Assembly: GCA_002633005.1 (NCBI GenBank)
Contig: NMRA01000480.1
Span: 126,941-190,940 of the forward strand
Reading direction: 5' to 3'
Source: Phoronis australis
Taxonomy: Eukaryota; Animalia; Phoronida
DNA: 64,000 nt
Shown here piece after piece: positions 12,501 through 24,500 of this stretch. The translations under genes and the position numbers were made by a program. Position 1 is the first letter of the stretch; each line of letters begins with the position of its first letter. The notes under the pieces are model-generated. The model did not search any database. It worked only from the letters and a program-made list of their open reading frames with translations, and was not told the DNA's origin.

Positions 12501-15500
12501 ACCCTAAATAACACTTGTATGGTTTAACTGTGAGACTAGCTCTGCGGATCCTGTACAACTGGTCTGTGAGCCACCAACTGAATATCTCTATTACTGGTGT
12601 GAACCAACACATCATCTACAAAACTGTCCATATCAACAGCGTCCTTCAACAATAAACGCAGCATCTTAGCATACGTGGCACCTGAATTCACAAGACCAAG
12701 CGGCATTTTCTTGTGCTGATAATTCCCAAACGGAGTAGAAAAAGCAGTTATCTCTTTGAAACTAGCTTCCATGGGTATTTGCCAGTACCCTTTGCAGAAG
12801 TCAAATTTTGAGAAATACGTTGCATCTGCACAACTTGCATAAATATATTCAATGTGGCAAAACCTCGCAATCAAAACGTATCACCTTATTAACTTTACGC
12901 GTGTCCTGACAATATGTAACCGTGCCGTCTTTTTTCTTAACAAGTACTATTGGGCTGCAGCACGGTGACTCGGACTGCTCAATAACATCTAATTCAAGCA
13001 TGTCATGTATTTCCTTCTTCATTTCACCATACATAGCGTACGGTACGGGATACGGGTTGGAACGAATAGGAGTCTGATCATTTAACACAATTTTTTGCTC
13101 TATCAAGTTCGTAGTACCAGGCTTCAATGAAAAAATTTCCGACCCCTAAGTTGAGCCTTCTACGACTGACAACTCTGGGTTAATATTCACCTGACAGTGA
13201 GTTTCCTGCTGTTGTGCCTTGGACACACTGGGTGTCTCCATATCCAAAACACCCTCTTCGTCTTCCAATGTAATTGAAGCGACCGACGCCACAATCGGAT
13301 TCACCCGGCGTTGATATTGCTTGAGCATGTTAATGTGGAATACCTTAACATTTTCACGAATTTCAATGGCATAATTGTACTGGCCCGTTTTAGCTTTTAC
13401 AAGGAAAGGACCCTTCCACCTCAAGAGCAATTTTTTTTGTCTGATGGCAACAGTATTAATTCTTTGTCATGTCACCTGGTTTCAAGTTCCTTATGACAAC
13501 TTTCCTGTCGAAAAATTCTTTCTGCTTTTGTTGACTACAGAGCAACATCTCAGCAGCATTTAAACACGTTTGTTCGAAGTTATTTTAAGATCCAGAACGT
13601 ACTCATATATGTCCTTCATTTTGTGTTCCAACTCACAATTAGTCCACAGTTCATGCAATATCGACATAGAAGCTTGCACGGTATTCACGTATATTGACTC
13701 AAATGATGAAAATCCATGGAAACTATCAATCGGAACATCCCTGTAAGTGAACAACAAAGGTTTGATAAACCTGTCCCACTCTTTAGGTTGATCGCTAACT
13801 GTACGTTTGAGCATGTGTTTTAAGTGCCGTTATACCTCTCACACAAGCCATTACACTGAACATGATAAGGTGATGTATTGTACAATCTAATTGACAACAG
13901 CCTCTGAACTTCTTTCATCATGTCAGAATTAAACTGGTACCCCTTGTCACTTAACACCTCAACTACAACTAAGCTGTGATATATTGAATTTTAAGTATCA
14001 CTACTGATTTAAAAACATGCAACATTAACTTTGAAATATGGTCGTGGCCTAAAACCAAAATTGTCAGTTTAGTGCTAATATTTTCATAGAAGTCTTTGAC
14101 ATTCTTCATATTTTATTCTCAAGATTCAATTTCATCAAAGATTACACCTTGGATCTGGAACAGTCAACATAGCCCATGTCTAAAATACGGCACAAACTCT
14201 AACCTTAAACAAACAACAACATTTTCCCAAACTGGAGAATTCTTACTGTAGTAATGTCTGTCATAGTTGCTGTTCTTTACATTTGCAGGTGTGGGTGGAT
14301 GCCGGTACCCAGATTTTCTTCTCCTATTCCATCAGCCTGGGCACACTACAGGCTCTCGGCAGTTACAACAAGTTCCACCATAACTCCTTCAAGTAAGTGT
14401 TTGGTTTTGTGTAAACATGAGTGCCATTGCCCTGGAAGGGAGCTTATCAAAAGTTTCTCTCCACGCAAATGCCCTTGACCTGACCTTGACCTATCCCCCT
14501 GTCACGTGACGTCGCTCATCACTTTGTCTTTGCATTAAGTATCTTTTCAGGATGTTCTCACTCGCCTTCTACACCCGAGCTGGTCGGTTGTGTGAGTCTT
14601 GTCGTATAATGTTTCTTTGAATAAGATTTTTTGATTTTTTTAAAAAGCAACAATTACTTAAAAATTGTTTTTCATTCATCTTGCACTGGATGTCACCTTC
14701 ACTAACCGAAGACTTACGTGATTGTCATATTCTCTTAGTGTTAATTGCTTGTTATTTATTGCACACAATTTTTCTCAAAGTTGTCTTTATCCTTTGCAAA
14801 CCTCCAACAATGTGCTCCAATTTTCTTTCCCTGCTGAATTTTTTTATTAGCCTATGGAGTCAACAAAACCTTGCTGTTAGTTTTCTTTTAACAGTTTAAA
14901 GGGGATGACGTGGCCCAGCTTAAAGCATATCATGAGTCTGACCCCTGTTGCTTGTTGTCTTCCAGGGACTCGGTGATCTTTGCCTGTATCAACAGCGGCA
15001 CGAGTCTCTTTGCTGGCTTCGTCATCTTCTCTGTTCTGGGATACATGGCCACAGAGCAGAAAGTTGAGGTCAGCAAGGTTGCGGAATCAGGTGAGGAATT
15101 TGGTCAGCACACATTCTATCTAGCTAGCATTTTACAGTTAGTAATATCTCACCCATTTTGAACAAAAACAATTGTCAAAATTGCCCTGTTTTTGTTTTTC
15201 AGGGGATTCTAGCATTGTTGTGAATGTGAATGTTGTTGGCAGAATCTAAGGATGGAAAAGCAATAATATGGTGGTACATATCTTTTAAAAAAACATGAAA
15301 ATGAAATTTCATGTATGCCATATTAGGTCCTAAATTGATGAGATTCTACTATACTTGTTTGGTAAGATTGTTCATGCTCGAGTATAGTATAGTCCTGCCA
15401 TTTCAGAGCCTAATACGGCTGAGACGTGTAATTTTATTCTATGTGCGCCCACATATTTGTATGTGGACAAATTATGCTGTCATCCCTGTCTGTCTGGCGT

Positions 15501-18500
15501 CAACTGCTCTATCTCCAAAACCCTTTGATGTATATTTATGGAAGTTTTGCACTCGTGCTTTTATCATGGCTGAGATTGAATGAACGAGCTTTGCCCCCTA
15601 GTGACAATTTTAGTTTTTTACGTTTACATCTGTATCTTTAAAGGTCCTCAACAGATTTTCATAAAATTTGGCAGATAGTCATCTATTAGTGGAATGATGC
15701 TACTCTTTTGTTTTTGAATGGATTTGAGGTATTTTGCTATTGTTATAGTTTTCGAGTCTTGTTACATTGGCATCTGGCCCTCCTATCAATCAAACCACTC
15801 CAAGGATGATTGTGAAAATTGGCTTATATCTTCCTACTGTGAAGAGGACAGCTGACAATTATTTTACTGACGACTTTAACTACTGTGGCACCTCCTAGTG
15901 GCAGTTTTTTGCACCCATGGCTGTATCTTCTTACCTTCTGCCACATGTTTCATGTGTATTTATATGAAGTTGACAACAAACGACTTTCTGATAGATTCAA
16001 CAAATAGTGTGACCCCTTACAGCAATTTAATTTTAATTTTCCGTTTTCCTCTGTTTCTCTGAAGTTCGTTGATGGATTTTTATGAAATTCATTAATTAGC
16101 TTTCTATGACTTGTTCCCGTTTTGGGATGGATTCGACGTATTTGCACCATCAGTGGTTATTTTTACCGTTTTCTAGTCTTTTTTTGGTGTCTGCCCCCCT
16201 ATCAACCAAACCATTATAATTGGGTTTTGTGTTTCTACTATGAAGAGGACGGCTGATGATGTTTGGACAACTCAGACTACTGTGACGCCTCCTAGTGGTA
16301 GTTTTTGCGTTCACGTCTGTATCTCCCAAACCCTTTGCAAGCTCTTTATTGAATGTGGCAAGTGTATTTATATGAGGTCGACAGATAACGATGACATTTG
16401 AATGGATTCGACTACTGCTGTGGTTCCTGACAGTTTGCTTAGATTTTCCTTCGTATCTTTGGAATTCTTTGACTGGTTTTCGTAAAATGTGACAAATAGT
16501 TTTGAGAGACAGTGCTGACACTTTCCCATTTTTGGATGGATTCAGTGTATTCTGTGCCATCTAATGACCATTTTTATGCGCCAACGCATTTATAAAAAGT
16601 GAACGCATTATGCTGTCACCTCCGTCCGTCTGGCATCCGTCCATCCGGCGTTCGCTGCTCTATCCTTTGACATACATTCAGTTTGCACATATGTTCCTTT
16701 TATGGATGGGATGGTATGAGCGAAATTTCGAACGGATTTGACTACCGGTGCGTCCCTAGTGGCAATTTTAGTTTTTTTACGCTTACCTCTATATCTTCAA
16801 AAGTCCACAACATATTTTCATAAAATTTGGCATATAGTCATCTATTAGTGAGATGACGGTATCCTCCAGTTTTCAGATGGATTCGGCATTGTTTGCGCCA
16901 CCTAGTGGCCATTTTTGCTGTTTTCAAGTCTGTTTTTTGGCGTTCACGCCTCTATCAACCAAACCGATGATTGTGAAAATTGGCATGTATGATTTTACTA
17001 TAAAGAGGACAGCTGACGATGATTTTCTGACAATTTCAACTACTGTGTCGCCTCCTAGTGGTTGTTTTGTTTTTTTTGCACCCATTGCTGTATCTCCTAA
17101 AGCGTTGTCAGGATCTTTACTAAATTTAGCAACTGATGTTGACAATGGATGACGACAACGTTTGGACGGATCTGAATACCAGGGTCCCCCCTAGTGGCAA
17201 TTTTAGTTTTTTAGGTTTACCTCTATCTTCATAAGTCCTCTTCAGATATTTTGGAATGTAGGCTTCTATTGGTGAGATGATGCTGTCCTCCCGTTTTCGG
17301 ATGGAATTGAGGTACTTTGCACCACCTAGTGGCCATTTTTCCTATTTTCTAGTTTTTTGGCATCTACCCCTCGATCTAAGGATGATTTTGAAAATTGGCA
17401 TATTTTCTTAGTGTGAAGATGAAAGTTGACGATAATGAATTCAACTACTGAGGACACCTTCTACTGGTAGTTATGTTTTGCGCCCATAGGGGCATCTCCT
17501 AAACGCACTTTAGGATCTGTATTTATATAAAGTTATCAACAGATGACGACGTCTCTGAGGTGGATGAACGCTGTGTCACCATAGTGACAATTTTTATTTT
17601 TTCCGGTTTCCTTCGTTTCTTTGAAGTTCCTTGACAGATTTTTATGAAATTTGGTAATTAAAATATTTTTCTATTAAAGAACCAATGTTATGTTTCCGTA
17701 TTCAGATGGAATGGATGTTTGTGTGCCATCTAGTGGCTATTTTTATGAAACAAACAACCGTAGAAGCACACCCTCTGCGGTGCATTCGTGGGCGCATTTC
17801 AACACTCCGCATTGCTCTTGTTTGTGATACAAACGCCCCTAGAAGCACACCATTTGTGGTGCAGTCGTGGGTGCATTTCAATGCTCTGCATTGCTCATGT
17901 TGATGTTTTTGAAAAGGATGGGTAGTACCAAATTGTTATGTTGGTGTTTCTGTGCTCATTACAAACATCTTATTTAGTTTGAATTCCAGGTGGTGTGGTG
18001 ACAGCTGTTTCTAAATTCAGATACTAGTATAATCCAGTGTTAAGTGTTAAAGGAGAATGCCTCTCAAAAAAACAACCTATTTTGCATCAATTTAGATTGA
18101 GTAGTTCTACTCGATAACGGCACGTTTGGTTGCGTTACCTGACACCTGACGGCAGACGGATGTGTTGAAATTATCCAATGACGTCATTGGTTTCACACGC
18201 AGTCTGTACAGCAGTTCGCAACATGGGTTACTGGTGTCAGCTTATCGCTTAAATTCATTGTTTAACACCAATGAATTATCAAACTTGGATGTAAAACCCT
18301 TAAAAATACACCGATTTATTGGTATTTGGACACACCGTAGCCTACAATGTTTGGCAGGCCAATTTATCAAGGTCCATAGCAGGAGTTTTGGGGTCTGTTC
18401 AGAGATAAATTCGAAATATACTTCCATGAAATACAAGCAGGAACTTAGGGGTCTGTTCGGAGATAAATTTGAAGTATACTTCCGTGAAATACAGGCAGGA

Positions 18501-21500
18501 GAACTTAGATCTATGTTGTTTAGACTTGTGATTTTTTGAGTTCTAATTACACAAAACGCTTGTTATCCCACCCAGTGGCTCGGAACCCGATCAGGCCCGT
18601 CGCGGCCGGACTGACTCGTTGTCCCAGCCAGTGGCTCGGAACCTGATCAAGCCCGTTGGCCGCCCAGACTGGCACGAACATAAACCAGCTTGAGTTGGGA
18701 ACTAAACCTCCAGTCACGAAAAGACTATAATAGTGAGCCAAAGAAATAAAAAAAATGTGCATGTAATTATTTATCTGAATTATCCACAAAACTGAAAATC
18801 TACTTACTTGTCTGAGGCCGTGAAGTCTGGTTCCCCTTCCACAGACCGTCAGGGCAAAGGTTGTACAGTACCAATGATTTGAATAATGTATTTGTATTTC
18901 TAAATAAAGATTCCCCTAACATGTGACCATAGAATATAAAATAGAGTAATTGTTTCATAACAGCTTTCTGTCAGCAAACACTGAATTAGCATGCGCTCAC
19001 ACGGCCTCGGTGCCCAGTCAATTAACTTTATTGCCAGCATCAAAAGCCGGCAACACAGTGGCTTGTTCATTGCTGGCTTCACAATTGCACTCACGAATAC
19101 ATCAAAGGCATTACAAATTGTATCTAATGAGACAGACTTTGTTTCAGTTTTATATAAGCATTGGTTAGGATGAGAATAATTCATTTTGAAACTGAATGCA
19201 GAATAATAAATGTCTACACGGCAACTCGCCCGACGCCAATCCCGACTTAGTCAAGAGCTCATCCGACGAAGACTTCACGGGTCGGATTGTTATGTTTCAC
19301 AGGCTATCAGCTCGAACCGGAATACACTGATCAAGAAATACTAGAGAGGCGCCGTGAACATGCACAGGCAACGGAACGTATGGATAGTTCTTCGGTAAGC
19401 CGGAATTCGTCAGCGAAATCACTGTCGACAAAATGCCGGCCACAGACACGGAGATGTTTCACGGCCTCATACTTGCTATTAACAGCGTACCTTTCATTCT
19501 TCACAACCGCGAGCCACTTCCTAAGCATTTCGGGCTCTCGAGGAAGTAAAAAAAAACGGTATACCCGCTTTCTTCACAGTCTCATAGTTCGAACAAGAGG
19601 GAACGATGCACCGCAGTATGGTGGCAGTCACTCTGCAGACGAACCACTGACATAGCTGCGTCGTTTCTCACTTCCTCACAGGTTAACGCGGCACTTCTTG
19701 GCAAGGTGATTTCGACCGTATAAGAGGTGATGTGGATATAGACTGATTAAGTTGGTAAAAAGACTAATTAAATTGGGTGGCATTCTCCTTGAACACCATC
19801 TTTTATACCGTGGAATCACTGGCATTTTAATAATCTGAATACATTGAGTTGAACATGTCCTTCCCTGTAGAAATGCTGGTCGATGAACTGGATCCAATTA
19901 CATCATTTTGACAATAATTACCACTTATCAGTTACATGCTCTTGCCTGTCTTCCTAAAACTGCTTTGAGGTGCTCATATGATAACATCATTTCTGAAGTC
20001 CCTTGCTCTATTAACCTCAGTCTAGCGTATTCACTTAGGCATGACCTTTTGGTCAGTCACTTCTACCACTGTCTTTTATAAGGCTGAAGCGATTCAAAAC
20101 ATTTTTGATTCGGTACGATTCGATTATTTTTTCAGGATTCAATTTTTACAATTTGATTTATAAAAATATAACTTAAGGCAAAAATCTTATTTCTACTCAC
20201 GCACCTCAGATCCACTGATACACTTTAAGGGAGAGACATACGTGGTTACATCAGTGAGTCCAACATGGCCAGTTTTAAAGAAGGATAAAAGGAGAATGGA
20301 GTCATTTATTCAAGTCAAGTATAAGCTCCCGTGAGACCAGCCTTGACTAACTATTCAAGTAAAGTATAAGCTCATTCCCAGAGAGTGCCCCCTTCCATAT
20401 ACCTGGCGTCTATTGGTGAGATGATGCTATCCTCCCGTTTTCGGATGGAATCGAGGTACTTTGTGCCACCCAGTGGCCATTTTTGCTGTTTAACCACCCT
20501 CGATCAAGCAAACCATTTTAAGGATGATTTTGAAAATTGGCGTATATGTACTCAGTGTGAAGAGGACGGTTGACAATGACGACTCCGATTACTGGGGCGT
20601 GTCCTAGTGGTAGTTTAGTTTGGTTTGCGCCCATAGTTGCATCTCCAAAACCCACTGCAGGATCTTTATTAAATTTAGTAATTGTATTTATATGAAACTA
20701 ACAACAGACAACGTCTTGCAGGCGGATCCAACGAATGCTGTGCCCCATAGTGGCAATTTTGTTTTTTCCATTTTCCTTTGTTTCTCTAAAGTTCCTTGAC
20801 AGATGAAATTTGGTAAATAGCTTCCTATTAAAGAAGTGATGGCATGTTCCCGTTTTCAGATGGATTGGATATTTTTGGGCCATCTAGTGGTCATTTTTGT
20901 TAAGCAAATAACCCTAGAAGCACACCGTATGCAGTGCATTTGTGGGCACATTTCGACGCTCCGTGTTGCTCTTGTTGAAAATCATTTGCACTCCAGAATC
21001 CAAAATATTTCCATACTTTGGAATTTTTTTCATCAAGTTGGAGAGTTTGTCATCTGCTACGTTGTTGTGGCTGCTGTACAACATGGTCAATTATTGGACA
21101 ATATTTGAGACTCTTTTGGCCAATAAAAACGATCATTTTGTACCTCTGAAAGTAAAGCTCTCAAGCGAATAAGCTAGTTTGTTCGCTAATAATAATTGAG
21201 TGATTTCTGTAAAAAAGGAAAAACAGCTCCATTAAATTACTTTCATGTGGCAAGCAACTAAAATAATTGAATCGTCATCATCCGCGAATCAGCAATCGAA
21301 TTGTGGCCAAAGAATCGTGATTGGATTATCGTTTCAAATCGCGTGGGTTCATGGTACACTCAAGAGTAGTCAAACGAAGAGCCAGTGTGGGTTCATGGTA
21401 CACTTAAAAGTGGTCAAACGTCCCCTACTTGATTGTTTCTATATTATTTTTTGATAATGCCTATAATCTGTTAAAAATTCAATTTTGTTGAACAGTGCAT

Positions 21501-24500
21501 AATGCATGGTATTGAAAAGGTTCACAGGAGTCATTTCTGCTCATCATTATCTTCACAAGTTTGTCAGGTGTGGACATTTGTTTGCGGTCCTACATAACTT
21601 TAAATAGACAAACTTGTATATTCATTCCAATTGACATCATAAACAGACAACTGCTCCAGTTTGTGGATGTGTATCTGGAGTTGCCATGACAACTGTCGCT
21701 ACAATCCTATTTCCAGAGTATTTTAAAGACCCTGAGTTAGCCAGAGTGTCATGACTTCATCAAAATAACTTTTATGGGATTGTCTTCTGCTTACACTGTG
21801 TTTGATATCAGCAACTTGTCCAATATTAATGTATTGAGATGACTATAAGAGTGGTCAGTTGTTGCCATGGGCTTTTGGTGCCACAGAAAGTTATATGAAC
21901 TTAAATTTTTAAAAAGGTTGGAAAAATCTAGGTCCTGTATCCTTAACACAAAAAGGGACATTCTCAACAAAAGTAAAGTTTAAAGAAAATAACTGAAGCA
22001 CGAAATCGAACATGACTACCCGCGTGGAACAGTGGAACGCTGAACCAATGAGGCAAATTCCTGTTAAATAGCTGTATTTTGAATGTATTTAAATGGCAGA
22101 CACCAACCTTGGCAATGGCAATTAGTAATAAAATTGCATAACATCGGATCCCGTTGCTCAGCCCAAAGCTAATAATATTGTAACAGGAGTGCCCTGGACA
22201 TGATTATGTAAGAAAGATATATGCGCCCTCTAGTGGTCAAGCTGTGTATTACGTATGGAATTTTCCTATGATGTTGAGTCCTTTGGACATGGCCAAATAT
22301 GGTCAGAAGCTAGGAGCTATGGGCCTTGCCCTTCAGATCGTGTCTGATTGGTTGAAATTGCGTACTTAAGCTTTGTCACTGTCAGACACGAGGAGTCCAG
22401 TCGCAGAGTTCAAGAAGCAAACATGTACACCTTCACTCACACCAAATTGCAACTGTTTGTGCAGCTTTCGGGCTCCTCCCGAACTTGGTTGCCAACAGTT
22501 TAGCCCCATGCAATTCTCGGGCTCCTCCCGAGCTTGATTGCATCTCACCTTTCGGATCTGAATAACCAAATTGCCCCGTTCTTGCACACACAACTATTAA
22601 TCAGCGACTGGTTTGCCCGTGTATCAGAACTGTATAAATCACAACGCTGCGATACTAAATCATGGAACAACTGGATTGCTTGTAAGTGTGAAATATTGTA
22701 GTTATATATTCTTACAATAAACCTATGTATTATTCACCAACTTTTAGTTTTCAATATCACCCTCAGTCCGCACCGGGCTCGTAAAATCGGGGCGCCTTGG
22801 TCGTAGATACCGCCCCCGTTACAATATTAAGATTCATTTATATTTCCAAATTTGCATTTTTATACGCAAAAAGTGATATGTCCCTTTGGTTTTTGTGCTC
22901 TTCAAAGCTATTCCTGGTAAATAATTTGATTTCACTTGAGGAATGTATGAAATGTCCACCAATATACCCAAGATTGATTATGACTCAAATATTGATAAAT
23001 TGTGATAGACATGCATTTTGAAATTTATAAAGTAATTGAAAAGTGGAATAGTAAGACAATATTTCTGACTTAAGAGTTAATCCGCTTCTCATAAAACATG
23101 GCCCAGAACATAGTTTAAACTGCTTTAACATGTAATCCTATCATGCGGTTGTCTTTTTAGGTCCTGGCTTGGCATTCATCGCTTACCCAAAAGCCCTTGG
23201 CACCATGCCACTATCACCATTCTGGGCAATACTCTTCTTCTTCATGGTCATCCTGCTTGGGTTGGACAGTCAGGTGTGTACATAGTGATATCTTGCAATC
23301 ACTACTTGAAAGTTACTACCTCCGCAGGCTTTCACAGACAAAGGCATGGGCCTCACCTTAGCAGTGGGTGACCATTGAACATACTATAAGTGCCACCTAT
23401 GAGCATGCCTCACGTTAGCAGTGGGTGACCATTGAACATACTATAAGTGCTACCTATGAGCATGCCTCACGTTAGCAGTGGGTGACCATTGAACATACTA
23501 TATGCGCCACCTATGAGCTCATCAGAGTATTCAGTACCTTTTTATGCGCCCACATAATTATATGTGGATGCATATTGGCATCATCTCTGTCTAGACATCT
23601 GGCATCCTCGGCGGGATCTAATTGAAATTTGGCAGGTGTGTTCCTACGTGGATGGCGACGAGTTTCGGACCGAGCCAAATACTGCCATTCTGCTCAGTGT
23701 CTGAAGTCCAGTGTCCGTATGTTGGGGTAGGTTTCCGCGGATGGCCACTTAACAACTATGCAGCAGTTTGTTTACGTTAACAGCTTTGCGTTTGATTTAA
23801 CTCAGTGATAAGCCGTCTGGCTGTCTGTGAGTGGAGTGTGCTTGAGCATTCGCCTATTTGAACTGTTCCATTTTTCTCATTTAATTTTGATAGTTAATTT
23901 TGAATTATCTTATTTCGACCACAACAGTATGTTTTTGGTCAAAATCAGCCCACAGTTGCCACAGATACGCCTACATTACAACAAGGTACACATTCCTGTG
24001 GAATTGCAATATCTGCGTAAAGTTAATGTTATTACATTTTGTTTAGTTGCCGTGGACTTAAGAGTAATTTTTATGCGCCCACATGTGGACGCATTATGCC
24101 GTCATCGCCGTCCGTCTGGCGTCAGTGCGTCCTGCTCTATCTCCAAAACCCTTTGACATACGTTCATGAAATTTGGCACATACCGTAAACGTTCGGGTTA
24201 ACGCCCATGCTCAGTTAACCGCCCACCCCCTACTTTAGGTGGATTTTCGATTTAACCGCCCACTGTTCGGTTAAGCGCCCCCCTGCGATTTTTGAAGATT
24301 TCCAGTTAAGCGCCCACCTCTCGGCGCCCATCCCCGACTTTTAAAGAATGAAGATTTAGCGCCCAGTGCTAAGGAAACGCGCGATTCCCCGACTTTTAGA
24401 AAAAGATCGATGATCACAATGAGCGCAACGACGCCGGGCCTCCGAGACGGTGGTTTAGCAATGTGAATTGCAATTATACAAGTAACGAGTTATTGTCTTG

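Noticed and set aside
18900-19184. 94/95-aa ORF open in both Kolobok copies (also 40367-40654)
   Set aside because: Many amino-acid changes, no recognisable motif; sharing is explained by common descent of the copies.
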